This document shows positions 1 to 13,789 of a stretch of DNA of 64,000 nucleotides, piece after piece. The notes under the pieces are model-generated. The model was not told where the DNA came from and did no database searches. It worked only from the letters and a program-made list of their open reading frames with translations. The translations under genes and the position numbers were made by a program. How positions within the stretch are numbered: the stretch's first letter is position 1; each line of letters opens with the position of its first letter. This stretch comes from the human T2T-CHM13v2.0 reference genome, Homo sapiens. The stretch spans positions 6,272,001 through 6,336,000 of the forward strand of contig CP086569.2 of the NCBI GenBank assembly GCA_009914755.4, written 5' to 3'.

Positions 1-2204
1 CTTCACCTTTCAAAAGCATATACTCAGACATTAGAATTTTAGAAATCCCATACAATTTTGAAACATATATTAGCATTATTCACCAAGATATAACCTAAAG
101 AAGACTGAGCATCATTTTGGCCATCTCGGGTACCTAAACATGTGAAATAATCCTGTTTACCTCTCTTTTCTGGACACTTTGGGGGCCCTTTGAAGTAGCC
201 ACAGTAGCCCTCTGAAAAGCCAGGTGCCACAGAAGACAATTGTGCAACACAAGTTTGATTTGGGGAAGGCTGTTAAATGTTCGAGGTTTAAAACACTTGA
301 TATTAAGAAATAGAATTCCAGATTACCATAAGTTATTTATTTTGATAAAGTGATGACTCAAGTTTTAAAGAAGGAGAAACCTTTCATAACCTTTTATAAA
401 TTTTGCCAAAAAGCAGATTAGTACCTTAGGAAAACCTTGTTATGCTTTTATTTCAATGCTCAATTTACAGACAAACCATATAATACCCTTTTTTTGAATT
501 TAGTCAATATGTTCACACAGAGAACCTCTTCTGCAAGATTAATTCCCACAATTCTTCCACCACTTCTTTGAACCTTCAGCTTTTTCCTAATTTAACTCAA
601 AACAGTCCTTTAACTCTAGGCAAAAGTTTACATTTCCATGCCTTCTTATAACCTTTTACTAAAAAACACATTTTACTGTTCTTATACACCTTGCATGTAA
701 ATCTATTTCTAGTAGTTTCAATTAACTCCTGGAAATTTTTAACTTTAAGGTAAAACTTGGTAAGTTGCTTTTATTGTGTGCTAACTGCAGTCAAGGTTTG
801 CCTTCTTAGTTAAGGGCGTTGTTAGTTCCATATGTCCCCAGGCCTTACCAATTGTGAAGCCAGCAAGTCAAATAGTTCCCAAAAGCCAAAAAGCAGTTTT
901 TAACCTCAAAACACTTAGCAAATCTTGCATCTGACGTGCATTTTGCCAATGGTCTTAAGGGCTGTTTTTGTTTCTCAAAGATTAAAATCACATGAACTGA
1001 AAGGTTCCACAGCTTTTAACTTCCCTGTAAAAAATATTAGATCCAAGCGCTTGTCTTTCTTTAGGCCAAATTAATTAGATATCTCTTTTTACAGATATCA
1101 AGCACAGTACACACACAGGCAGAAGAAAACCTAGTTGCTGGGTGGGGCCCTCTAAGAGACAGGGCTAGGAAAACATGCGGATATCAAACCAGAAAGAAAC
1201 TTACTTCCTAAGGCAGGATTGCTAAACAAAGCCTTGACACTGGAGTTACAAGCCACGCCCTCAGGATGTAAAACAAGATGAAAGATTGATTTCACAATGA
1301 AAACTTTGCAGAGAATACACACAGTGATAGTTGGTGGGGGGTGGGGGGGAGTGGGGTATGGCCTGGTAAAATGTGTCCTAAAAGAAAAAAAAAAAAATTA
1401 ACTGCGGACAGGATGGAGAAGAGGAAAAAAGAAAGAGTTTTAGACTGCCTGGGGAAGAATCTCTTACTCTTATGCAACTGGTTCCTCCACCAGGGAGAAA
1501 AGTTTAATTACTGTCTGATGGAGAAGGAAAACCCCTTGGCTGGGGAAGGAGAAGGCTGAGAACCAGCACAGCCAGCTGTGTGAGACCCTTGGGCCATGCG
1601 ACCCAGCCCCAGCCTGGAGAGGGAAGCGGCTGGCCGACCCCCGGTTGTAACAGGGTGTAGGGGTGCAGTTCCCCGTAAGCTCAGAAGTCCAAGGATGAAA
1701 AGGCTGAGAAACCAGTGAGAGATTTTGAGTCCCCATTTTACGCACCGCTTCTCGAGCCTCCATATTGTGCGCCAAAAATATTGCAAGACTTTTCCTTAGT
1801 TCAGGTAAAGATGGGGTCCTTGTCTGTCCCATGTTTGAAGGATGAGTGAAGCAGGGTTTTGTTGGGTGAAAAGGAAGAAAAGGGGGAAATCGGGACTGTC
1901 ACAAGGCCAGAGGGCCTGCTACAGTGCTTCTAGCCAGGCCATTTGAATCTGTTTCCACACTGGAAGAGGAGGGGCCAGGCTCCTCCCTGCTGCAAATGTG
2001 GTGAAATTTGGAGACTCCACCTCAGTGGGCAGGCTGGTTGGAGTTTCTCCAGCGACCTCTTCCCACCTGTCTCAAAATCTTTCACCTCCTTGTTTGAGTT
2101 CATACACAAATATTTTGACACTATTAGAAATGGGATTATTTTAATAATTCATTTTACAAATAACTTTTTGTTAGTGTATAAAATGCAAGTAACTCTTGTA
2201 TGTA

Positions 2205-4340
2205 GATGTTAGGTCCTGCAACCTTATTGAATTTTTTTTGTAACGTAACAGGTTTTTAGTGGAATCTTCAGGTTTCCTACATACATATAAGATCACATCA
2301 TCTGCAAATGGGAGTATTTTACTTCTTTCCTCTCAAATTGGATGGCTTTTTATTCTATTTATTGCCTAATTGCTCTGGTTAAAACTTACAGTGCTTTGCT
2401 AAATGGAAGTGGCAAGAGTACGGATCCTTGTCATGTGTCTGATCTTAGAGGAAAAGCATTCAGTTTTTTAACATTAACTATGATGTTAGCTGAGAACCTG
2501 TCATATACGGCTTTTGCTATGTTGATATAAATTTCTTTTATATGTAGTTTGTTGAGTTTTATGACTCAAGTGTGTTGAATTTTCTCAAACACTTTTTTGC
2601 ATTTATCAAGATGTACATGTGGTTTTTATCCTTCATTCTGTTAATGTGATATATCACATTAATGTCTTTCTGTATGTTTAACCATTCTTGCAACCCAGGG
2701 ATAAATTCCACTTGGTCACAGTGTACATTTTTAAATATGTTATTAAATTTGATTTGCTTGTATTTTCTTCAGGGTTTTTGCAAATATGTTCATCAGAAAT
2801 ATTGGTCTGAAGTTTACTTTTCTTGTAGTGTCTTTGTCTGACTTTGATATTAGAATAATGCTGGACTCATAAAATGAGTTTGAAAGTGTTCCCTCCTTTT
2901 AAATTTTTTGGAAGAATTTGAGTGTGATTGGTTTTATGTATTCTTTAAATGTTTGATAAAATTCATCCATGAAGACATCTGGTCTTGAGGTTGTTTTGTC
3001 GTTGTTGGGAGGTGTTTGATTACTAATTAAATTTCCTTACTTGTCGTTGGTCATTTTAGGTTTTTGATTTCTTAAAAATTCAGTCTTAGTAGGTTGTATG
3101 TCTTAGTAGTCTTAGTAGGTTGTAGTCTTAGTAGGAGTAGGAATTTCTCCATTTCTTCCAAGTTATCTAATTTCTTATTGTATAATTGCTCATACCAATG
3201 TTTGTGATTCTTTTTTATTTCTGTGGAAAGAATTGTAATGTCTTCTTTTAATTTCTAATTTTATTAATTTTAGTCTTCTCTCTTTTCTTCTTAGTCTAGT
3301 TAAATGTTTGTTAATTTTGTTGATTAAAAAACTCAGTTTCATTGATTTGTTCTAATTTTTATTTTATTATTATTATTTTTTGTTTCAGATAGTACCATTT
3401 TCTTTCTTCTGCTAACTTCTGACTTAGTTTGTTATTGTTGTTTTTGAGGTATCAAGTTAGATTGTTAATTTGTGATCTTCCTTTCTTCATTTTTTACAAG
3501 ACTCCTGGATCAGAGACAATCTTCTTTATTAATGTAGGCATTTACCATAACAAACTTCCCATTTAGTACTGCTTTTGCTGTATTCCATGAGTTTTGGTAT
3601 TATGTCTCTTCATTTTAATTTATCTTAAGATATTTTCTGATTTCTCTTTTTATTTCTTCTTTGACCCATTGATTGTTCAGAATTGTGTTTTTAATTTCCT
3701 CATATTTTTGAGTATTCTAATTTTCCTTCTCTTATGGGTTTCTGGTTTCATTCCATTGTGGAGAAAAAGATACTTAGTATGATTTCATTCTTTTAAAATT
3801 TGTTAAGACATTTTGAGAATGTGTATTTTTCTGCTGTTGGATGGAATGTTTTGTATATGACTGGTAGGTCCATTTGGTCTTTAATGATTTGAAGTCTGTT
3901 ATTTCTTTATTTTCTATTTGGATCATGTATTTGGTATTAAGAGTGGGGTATTGAAGTCTTCAGTTATTATTGTATTGCAGTTTATCTCTTTATTCTGTCT
4001 TTTTTATATTTTTAGTTCCTCTGAATAGATGTACATACATGTTTATAATTGTTGGGCCTTCCTGAGGAATTCATCATTATATGTCCTTTTGTGTCTCTTG
4101 TTACAGTGTTTGAATTATAGTCTATTTTGTCTAATATAAGTATTGCCACCCTCATTTCTTTTATTTACATTTGCATAGAATATCTTTTTCTATTCCTCGC
4201 CTTTCAGCCTAAGTCCCTAAATCTCAAGTATGGATTTTTTAGACAGCACATAGGTTTGTTTATTTGTTTTTTTTTAAATATCCATTCAACTACTTTAAGT
4301 CTTTTGATTTTGGATTTTACTTATTTTTATTTTAAATAAT
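2205..4340 (-). mobile_element. Old L1 (L1PB/L1MA-like) ORF2 fragment, antisense on the plus strand, covering the RT domain down to the start of EN.
   Basis: Plus-strand text is collinear with the reverse complement of L1 ORF2. Plus-strand ORFs translate the typical L1 antisense peptides (e.g. MAFYSIYCLIALVKTYSALLNGSGKS..DLRGKAFSF). The 3'-ward remainder is missing to the left, so the element is 3'-truncated or rearranged. Confidence 0.6.
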
Positions 4341-4384
4341 TTTACCTTTTTGTTGCTAAAAGAATACATTTTATAATTTTAATA

Positions 4385-5290
4385 TTTTTGCAACTTTTGT
4401 TTTAGAATTAGGGGTATATGTGAAGTGTTGTTACAATGGCATATTGTGTGATGCTGTGGTTTGGAGTACAAATTAATCCATCACTGAGGTAGTGAGCATG
4501 GTACCCAATAGGTAGTTTTTCTCAACATTTACCCCACTTCCTCCCTCTAACTTTTTGAAATCTCCAGCATCTACTGTTCCCATTTTTATGATTGTGTGTG
4601 TCCAATGTTTAGCTTCTACTTATAAGTGAGAACTTGTGGCATTTGGTTTTCTGTTTCTACATTAGTTCACTTAAGATCGTGGTTTCCAGCTGTATCTATG
4701 TTTCTGCAAAGGACATAACTTATTTCTTCTTTATGGCTGCATAGTATTGCATGGTGCATATATACCATATTTTCCTTTTCTAATTCACCATTTATGGACA
4801 CCTAGGATGATTCCATTACTTTGTTATTGTGAATACCACAGTGATGAAAGTATGGATACATGTGTCTTTTTGGTAGGATGGTGGATTTTATTTTGGGTAT
4901 ACACTCAGGAGTGGGATTGCTGGGTTGAATGGTAGTTCAACTCTCAGTTTATTGAGAAATCTCCAAACTGCTTTCCAGAGTGACTGAACTAATTTAAATT
5001 CTCACCAACAGTGTATAAGTGTTCTCTTTTCTCTGCAGCCAAGCCAACATTTTTATTTATTTACTTTTATTTTTCAGCAAAAGCTATTCTGACTGTTGTG
5101 AAATGGTATCTCACTGTGGTTTCAGCTTGCATTTTTCTGATGATTAGCAATGATGAGCATAGTTTTCTATGTTTATTGGCCACTTGTATGTGCTCTTTTG
5201 AGAATCATTTATTGATGTGCTCTGCCCATTTTTTAATGGGCTTATTTGGTTTCTGCTTGTTGGGTTGTTTAAGTTACTAATAGATTCTGG
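4385..5290 (-). mobile_element. L1 3'-terminal fragment (ORF2 C-terminus plus 3'UTR) on the minus strand.
   Basis: Reverse complement of the L1 3' end: 'ataagtgagaacttgtggcatttggttttctg...gcaaaggacataacttatttcttctttatggctgcatagtattgcatggtg' followed by the conserved ORF2 C-terminal antisense block. It is a separate insertion from 2205-4340 because the L1 coordinates are not collinear. Confidence 0.6.
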
Positions 5291-5689
5291 ATGTAATATA
5301 GAACAAAATTATTTTTTGTAAGTGATTGTTTTATTTTATTCATTACAGTTTCTGAAAAATACAGCTATTCATTTATACCAGTTCTCAAACTATGTATTTG
5401 AACTCCCTGCCAATCATTTATTGCAAAATTTAATGTTGACACTCATTAATCTGATGCCGAGGAGATAGTTTCTTTCTGTCTGACATAAAACAATGATAAA
5501 AGAGACAATAGTTACTTTGATTGCACAATAGTAGAGGAAACATATTTTTTCATGAACAATAAGGATGATTATTTCATTCTTAGCAATATACATGGCTATC
5601 ATTTCTTTTTATGAAGTAAGTAGCCTGTTTATTAATTGAATTATTCCAACATTTTTATGTTGGAGTCCCAGCTCCCAGTACCTCCAAAT

Positions 5690-6060
5690 GTGGCCTTATT
5701 TGTAAAAACAATGATTAACCATGTAATTAGTTATGATGATGTTATAATGGAGTAGGGTGATAGTCTAATCCAACATGATTGGTGTCCTTTATAAAAATAT
5801 TTGGGCCTAGATAACTCACAAGGAAAATTTCATGTGATGATAAAGGCAGAGATATGAGTGATGTTTCTGCAAGTGAAGAGCCACCAAAGATCAACAGTAA
5901 ACCATCATAAGTTAGGCAAGAGTCATGAAACAAATTCTTTCTCACAGTAGTCAGCAGAAAGCAGTTCTGCCAATACTTTGATCTTGCACTTCTAACCTCT
6001 AGAACTGTGAAAGAATGCATTATAGTCTTTTAAGCTACCCAGTTTTTGGTGCTTTCTTAT
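5690..6060 (+). mobile_element. MaLR-class LTR fragment (MLT/MST-like).
   Basis: Ends with the family-typical '...gatcttgcacttctaacctctagaactgtgaaagaatgcattatagtcttttaagctacccagtttttggtgctttcttatagtg' motif. The exact family name was not resolved from memory. Confidence 0.4.
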
Positions 6061-6639
6061 AGTGAAGTAAGGCAGATGAGCCAAAAAATTGGGGATTAGA
6101 ATGGAAACTTTCTTGGCTTCACTTTAAAGAAGAATTCAAGTGTGAGCCAGTGGTAATTAAAAGAGCTTTATTGAGGTGGCAGTGTTACAGCTCCATGACT
6201 ACTCCTGCAGAGCAAATCTACCCCACAGGCAGTGGAATGAGAGTAGCAGCTCAGGGGCAGCTCTGCAGTCATATTTATAACCAACTTTTAATTACATGCA
6301 AATGAAGGGGTGGGTTATTCCGAATTTTCTATAAAAAGGTTGGTAATTTCAAGGTCATTCCCATGGAATGGAGATGTAACTTCCGGGTGTTGCCATGGCA
6401 ATGGCAAATTGACATGGCACTGGTGGGCAAGTCTTATGAAGACGTGCTTTGGGTGCCTCTTCCCTGTTTCAGCCAGTCTTCAGTCTGATCCAGAGTAAAA
6501 TCCTGCCTCCTACCTCATTCCTCACTCAGAGATTAGATACTTATTTTTAAATTCAAGGGGTTCACAAAAGGATGGAGATCTGTCTTCTATAACTGCTTCC
6601 TGCTGAGTTCATGGGTGTAGGCTCTTTCCGGCACTGAAG

Positions 6640-6857
6640 GAGTAAAAATTTTTGAATAAAAAAAATCCAGATCCAGAGATAAGAACTACATCACATACAA
6701 GGGAGTCCTGACATACTATCAATGGATTTCTTAACAGAAACCCTGAAGGAAAGAATGGTATGAAATATTCAAAGTTTTGAAAGAAATAATATAAAAACCA
6801 GCAATAAAGAATACTTTAGTTACTTTAATTGGAAAAACTGTTCTAACATGCAGCAGG
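6640..6857 (+). mobile_element. Short L1 ORF1 C-terminal fragment.
   Basis: Sense-strand similarity to the L1 ORF1 3' half ('...ctatcaatggatttcttaacagaaaccctgaaggaaagaatggtatgaaatattcaaagttttgaaag...aatactttagttac'). Confidence 0.35.
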
Positions 6858-6892
6858 TTTGTTTTTGTTTGTTTGTTTGTTTGTTTGTTTTT
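6858..6892. repeat. (GTTT)n microsatellite, about 8 units.
   Basis: Direct reading: gtttttgtttgtttgtttgtttgtttgttttt. Confidence 0.95.
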
Positions 6893-9800
6893 AAGATGGC
6901 TGATTAGGGATGTCAGATTCCAGATCTCCTCAGAAAGATCAAAATTACAAATGAGTGGCCATGATTTGAATGGAAAGCTGAAGAAAGAAGGCCTGGATCT
7001 CTTTGAGAGCCCAGGGGAAACAGCTGGTGTGCCTAAAAGGCAAACAGCAAATATATTAAGTATATTGCAAAAACTAATCCCCCAAAGAACTCGGAGCTCC
7101 ATGAAAAGGACAGGTTCGAGTGCTTCTGTACTTTCCTCATGCCTGCAACAATCTGCTGACCACTAAATTGTTGGGGAGGCCTTCTGTCTTAGTTACCCTG
7201 GGCAATGCTTTTGGTGGCTGTTTGGGAAATTGCCAGGGACAGAGCACTGTGCGGTCAGTTCACACAGATGCACCCACATTCTTCTCAGGGCTGAACCGAG
7301 ATGGTCGGAGACATACTGTTTGTGTACCCAATGTGAGCCACTGCTTTGTCTAGGGAAACTCAGCTCTTATATCATTGCATCACCAGATATCCTGCAAACA
7401 TACCCCAAAACTTGCTCTGACTTTGGCAATGAGAGGAGACTGCCGAGTTTCTGCGAAGCTGCATAATCCCTGAAGATCTAGCCTTCAGCAGGGGCCACCC
7501 CTATGGAACAGGGAGAACACAGACCATCAAAGCCACCTTGGGACAAAGGAAATGTAAACAAAGCACCAATCACTGAGGGTGGTAGCACCAGTGACTGGGA
7601 ACAGACGTGGAGAAGGGGTAATCTTGTGCTGCCCCATCGACTGTCACAGACACAGTAGAGGCTCTCACACTGGGATTTGGTGTGAGTCTACTTGGAGACA
7701 ACCTTCCCATTGCTTTATACAGTGGTTTCACTCCCATTGCAAGTAAGACCATACTGAATGGGCATGCACAAAATATGAGGCCCATCTTCCCCTTTTACAC
7801 AGAGCAATAAAATCCTGGCAACAGCAGGCAGACAAGTCACAGAGCTTTCTGTGCTGGACTGAGGGATGTATCTCTGCCTCGAGCTTGTTTTGATGGTAGC
7901 TGCCAGAGGGGAAATAATACAGACTCACACTTCAGTTAGGAGCCAAAGAACAGTATCCATATGAATTGAAGGTCATGAGCCCTGTTATGGGGCATCATAA
8001 GGAAGAAGATTGTATTTCTGCCTGCCCAGGATGAGAAGCTGGTGCAGCCTTTACCCCCTTATTCCTATCCTGGATGCTTCAGTGCATTCCAACATGATCT
8101 CCCCCTCAGTGCTCCCCAAGAAAGTAGATGCCTATATTTATTATCAAGCTACCAGAGAGTGAGCTGGCTCTTACTCTAAAGCACCATTTACTCTACTGGA
8201 GAGTAAACTTCACTACCAAATACAAAACTTACTACTAAAAAGGCATAGTGCCAGTGTATGATATAAGCTTCCTGAGATTTCTGCATTCTCGGACCCACAG
8301 GAGATAGTCAGATCATATGTTCAGTACATTGGTACAACAAGATGCATTTGGGAAAATTATTGCAAAAGAGCTATCCACAACTAAGGAACCCATACAAAAC
8401 CTGTGCACCTTGAAAACATCCAGAAATAAAACCAAATGATTTTACACAAGATACACCACAGTAACAACCTCAAGGGAAAAAAAGAATAAATAATAAAGAA
8501 GTCCCATCCAAATGATAGCAAACACAAAACTGAGAAGTGACACTGCTTCAGAGGAGGAAAAAAATCATTGCAAGAACTCTGGCAGTACAAAAAGACAGAT
8601 TGTTTCAACATCTCCAGCAGAATGGACTCGCTATCTCAGTATAGATCCTAAACAAAATGAAAATTCTGAAATGAGAAATAAGGAATTCAAAATATGGATT
8701 ATAATGAAGCTCAAAGAGATGAAATAGAACATTAAAAACAAACAAAAAAAACCAGAGAAATGATTCAGGATAGGGAAGATGAGATAGCTATGTTAAAAAT
8801 ATAGAATTTTTGGAATTAAAAAATAAAAGAAAATTCAAATAGAATTGAAACCTTCAAAAGTTGACTAGATCAAACAGAAGAATTCCAGAATTTGAAAACT
8901 GGTCTTTCAAATTAATCCAATCAGAAAATATTTTTTAAATAATTTTTAAAAATCAACAAAGCCTTTGAGAAATATGAGATGAGGAAATGTGACCAAACCT
9001 ATGATTTATATGCATTCTTGAGAGAGAAGAACAAAAAGTAAGCAATTTGGAAAACATATTTGTGGCAATAATTCAGGAACATTACCCTAATATTGCTAGA
9101 GAGATAAACATCCAGATACAAAAAATTCAGAGAATGACTGCAAGATACTACACAAGATGAACATCACCAAGACATGTAGTCATCCAGACTATCCCAGGTC
9201 AAACGTACTGAAAAAAATCATAAAGCAGATAGAGAAAGGGGGACAAATCCCATGCAAAGATAATCCCATCAGACTGTCAACAGACTGCTCCACAGAAAAC
9301 AGAAGAGAATGTTGCTCTATTTTGAGCCTTCTAAAAGAAACAGAAATGCCATCCAAAATTTTCATATCCTGCCAAACAAAGCTTCATAAATAAAGCAGAA
9401 AAATGTATTTCCTATACAAGGAAACACGAAGATAATTTGTCATCATGCCACCACTAGATTGTACATACAAAGAAATGCTCAAATGAGTTCTCAGCATGGA
9501 AATAAAAAAGATCATACTTCTATCAAAATGCACATGTAAATATAAACTTCACAGATCCTATAAAGTAATTATACAATTGAGACTACAGCAACTAGCTAAC
9601 AACAGTATAACAGGAACAAAACCTCACATATCAATATTATCCTTTAATGTAAATAGCTTAAATGTTCCACTAAAAGGTATAGAATGGCAAATTGGATTTA
9701 AAAAATAAAACACAAGACCAAACCATATGTTGCTTTTAAGAGATCTACTTAAAGTGTCATGACATCCATAGGCTCACAGTAAATGAGTGAAGAAATATAT

Positions 9801-12800
9801 TTCACATACGTGGAAAACAAAACAGAGCAAGGTTGCTATTCTTGTATCACACCACATAAGCCAGACTTTAAACAAACAACAGTAAAGACAGACAAAAAAG
9901 GCACTGTGTAATGACATAGGGTTCAATTCAACAAGAAGGTTTATCTATTCTAAATATATATGCACCCAACACCAAAGAAGCCAGATTTATAAAACAAATG
10001 CTAATATGACTAAGAAAAGAGATAGACATTCATAAAATAATAGACGGGAGTTCAATACTTCATTGACAGCAGTAGAAAAATATTTGATGCAGACTCTGGT
10101 CTTAAACTGTACTCTTGACCAATTGAAACTAATAGATAAATCAGAATATTTCATCCAACAATGGCACGATATACATTTTTCTATTCTGTGCATGAAATAT
10201 AGTCAATTTATGGATTTCATGCACAGATGAAAATTCACAGATTAATTCCCCAAAACTAATCATATACTTGTTCATAAAGCAAGTTTCAATATACTTTTAA
10301 AAATCTATCACTATATCAGATCAAGTATATTCTCAGACCACAGTGGAATAAATCTAGGAATCTATACCAAGAGGAGTCCTCAAAGCCATACAAGAACAAG
10401 GAAAATAAACAACTTGCTTTTGAATGACTTTGTGTAAACAATAAAATTCAGGCAAAAATTAAAATTTTTTGAAACAAATGAAAATATAGACACTGCACAC
10501 CAAAACTTCTCAGATGCAGCAAAAGTAGTATTAAAAGGAAAGTTTCTAAAACTAAATGTTTATTTCAAAAAGATAAAAGATTTCAAGTGACAACCTAATA
10601 TCACACTTCAAAGCACTGGAACAACAGAAACAATTCAAACCCAAGGACAGTCGAAGAAAAAAATAACAAAAATCATAGTAGAACTAAATGAAATTAAGGC
10701 CAAATAAATAATACAAAGGATCAACAAAATGACAAGTTTGTTTTTTTGAAAGTAAAAATTGATAGACAGCTAGCTAGATTAAGAAAAGCAATTCAAATAA
10801 GCACAATTAGAAATGATAAAGGTTATATTACAACTGATACCACAGCAATACAAAAGACCATCAAAGATTACTGTGAACATCTCTACATGCACAAACTAGA
10901 GAGCATAAAGAAAATGGAAAAATTCCTGGAAACATGCAAACTTCCAAGATTGAACCAGGAAGAAATAGATTAGACATAGATTTCTATTTCTTCCTGGTTC
11001 AATCTTGGAAGTTTGCATGTTTCCAGGAATTTTCTATGCCAATAATGAGTTATGAAATTGAATCAGTGATAAAACATCTACCAACCAAAGCCCAGGATCA
11101 TATGGATTTAGAGCTAAATTCTACCAGGAGTACAACAAAATCTGGTACGAATGTTACTAAAACTACTACAAAAAATAAAGGAGTAGACATGCCTCCCTAA
11201 CTCATTCTATGAAACCAGTATTATTCTGACACCAAAATCTAGCAAGAATGCAACACAAAAGTAAACTTTAGGTCAATATTCTTGATAAACATAGACACAA
11301 AATTCACAACCAAATACTGGTAAACAGTATCTACCAGCAAGCCAAAAACATAATTTATCATCATCAAGTGGGGTTTATCCCAGAAATGCAAGGATGGTTC
11401 AACATATGAAAATGTGTTATTTACAACATATTCAGAAATAACAACAAAAAGCACATGATCATCTCAATAGTTGCAGATAAAATTCAGCATCCCTTTATGA
11501 TAAAAACCCTCAACAACGTAGGCATCAAACAAATATATTTCAAATTAGTAACAGCCATGTATGACAACCCACAGCCAACATCATACTTAATGAGGAAAAA
11601 TTGAAAGCATTCCTCCTAAGAACTAGTATAAGACAGGGATGTCCACTCTCATCACTTTTCTTCAACATAGTACTGAAAGCCCTACCCAGAGAAACTAGGG
11701 AGGAAAAAAAAAACATCCAAGTTGGAAAAGAGAAAATCAAATTATCTCTGTTTGCTGATCAGATGATCTTATATCTGGAAAATCTGAAGATTGCTCCAGA
11801 AGACTTTCACATCTGATAAACAACTTCAACAAAGTTTTAGGATACAAAATTAATGCACAAATACTAGTTGCATTTCTATACACCAACAATGCTCAATTTA
11901 AGAGCCAAATCAATAAATCAATCTTAGTTAAAATAGCCACAAAAATATCTATGAATACCTTTAACCAGGAAGGTGAAAGACCTATATAAGGAAAACTACA
12001 ATACACTGATGAAATAAATTGTAGACAACACAAATGAAAGAACATGCTATGCCCATGGATAGAATCAATATGATTAAAATGAATATACACCCCAAAGCAT
12101 TCTACAGATTCAATACAATTCTTATGAAAATACCAACATCGTTTTTCACAGAGTTAGACAAAACAATTCTAAAATTCATATGGAAACAAAGAAGAGCCCA
12201 AGATAGCCAAAGCAATCGTAAGCAATAAGAACAAAGTTGGAAACATCACATTGTCTGACTGCAAACTATGCTACAAGGAGATAGTAACCCAAACAGCACT
12301 GCACAGGGACAAAAATAGACACATAAATCAATAGAATAGAAAAAGAAACCAGAAATAAAGCCACATACCTACAACTAACTGATTCTTGACAAAGTAAACA
12401 CAAGTAAACATTGGGGAAAGGACATCCTATTCAATAAATGCTTCAGGAAGAACAGGCTAGCTAAATGTTGAATAATGCAACTGGACCATTATCTCCCACT
12501 GCATAGAAAAATTAACTCAAGATGGAGTAAAAGTTTACATTTTAGACTGGATTATCAAAAAGTTCTGGAAGAAAACCTAGGAAAATGTCTTTTGGACATT
12601 GGCCTAGGTAAAGAATTTATGGCTAAGGCATCAAAGGCCAGTGCAACAAAAACAAAAATATACAAGTTAAAATTAAATAAAAGGGCTTCTGCACAACAAA
12701 AGACACTAACAACAGACTAAATTGATAACCTACAGCGTGGAAGAAAATATTTGCAAACTGAGTCTGATAAATGACTAATACTCATAATCTAAAAGGAATT

Positions 12801-13490
12801 TAAACAAATCAACACTAAGAAACCAATAACCTCATCAAATAGTGAGCAAGGAGATGAACAGACACTTCTCAAAGAAGACATATAATGAGTCAACAAATAT
12901 ATGAAAAAAGACTCAATATTACAAATCATCATATACATGCAAATTAACACCACAATGAAATCCATCTCATAAGAGTTGGAATGGCTATTATTAAATACTC
13001 AAAAAATAAAAGATGTTGGTGAGGATGTAGAGAAAAAGGGACACTTATTTACCATTACTTGTACTGTAAATTAGTTCAACCCCTAAGGTAATCAGTATCC
13101 AGATTTCTCAAAGAACTAAAAACAGAACTGCCATTTGACCCAGCAACCCCACTGCTGCTTCTCTCTCCAAAGGAAGAGAAATCATTCTACCAAAAAGACA
13201 CCTGCACTCATATGTTTATGGCAGTCCTATTCACAGTAACAAAGTCATGGAATCAACCTAAGTGTCAGTCCATGGTTGATTGTGCAAAGAAAATGTCGTA
13301 TATATACAGCATGAAATCCCATGCAGCCATAAAAAATAATAATGCCTTTGTAGCAACATGGTTGGAGCGAGAGGCCATTAACCTAAATGAAATAACTCAA
13401 AAACAGAAAAACAAATACTGCATAGTCTCACCTTTAGGAGTTAAGCAGTGGGTACACATGGAACAAATATGGAAATAATAGACACAGAAA
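6893..13490 (+). mobile_element. Near full-length old L1 (L1PB or old L1PA) with 5'UTR, degenerate ORF1 (~8500-9400) and degenerate ORF2 (~9490-13480).
   Basis: Starts with an L1-5'-end-like 'aagatggctgattaggga...'. Plus-strand ORF fragments match L1 ORF1 C-terminus (9157-9393), the EN start 'ILSFNVNSLNVPLKGIEW' (9496-9708), RT '[14 protein letters not shown]...[11 protein letters not shown]' (11601-11816) and the ORF2 C-terminus 'MFMAVLFTVTKSWNQPKCQSMVDC' (13212-13478). Many stops and frameshifts are present. The 5' boundary is uncertain. Confidence 0.6.
10921..11031. repeat. Near-perfect inverted repeat (49-bp arms, ~13-bp spacer) inside ORF2 of the old L1.
   Basis: Left arm 'aattcctggaaacatgcaaacttccaagattgaaccaggaagaaataga' is reverse-complemented by the right arm 'tctatttcttcctggttcaatcttggaagtttgcatgtttccaggaatt' (49/49). 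The left arm is the native L1 sense sequence; the right arm is an inverted extra copy, and L1 reading continues after it. Confidence 0.9.
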
Positions 13491-13680
13491 TCCAGTATAT
13501 ATATATACACACACATATATAGTTAATAATAATGTATATTTCTATTATTACAATATAATAATATGTACTTTTAATACATAATATGTATTTTAATAATGTA
13601 TTTTAAAATTATATTAACTATATATAGTTAATATTAATGTATATTTAAAAATTGTTAAGAGAATGCAATTCAAATTTCTC
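13490..13680. repeat. AT-rich compound simple repeat (TA/TAA/ATAAT-type), probably the degenerated tail of the upstream L1.
   Basis: Direct reading: atatatatacacacacatatatagttaataataatgtatatttctattattacaatataataatatg... Confidence 0.85.
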
Positions 13681-13738
13681 ATTAAAAGTGATAGCAAGTG
13701 ATGTAATAGTAATTTAGCTTTATTTAATCTTCCACGTT

Positions 13739-13775
13739 GTGTGTTTGTGTGTGTGTATGTGTGTGTGTGTACACA
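13739..13775. repeat. (TG)n microsatellite, imperfect.
   Basis: Direct reading: gtgtgtttgtgtgtgtgtatgtgtgtgtgtgtacacaggtgtg. Confidence 0.9.
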
Positions 13776-13789
13776 GGTGTGGGACCTGT

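Noticed and set aside
2205-5290. A single contiguous minus-strand L1 spanning both antisense blocks.
   Set aside because: The L1 coordinate order is permuted: the ORF2 middle appears first and the 3' end second when reading left to right. A single minus-strand copy cannot give this order, so these are two separate fragments.
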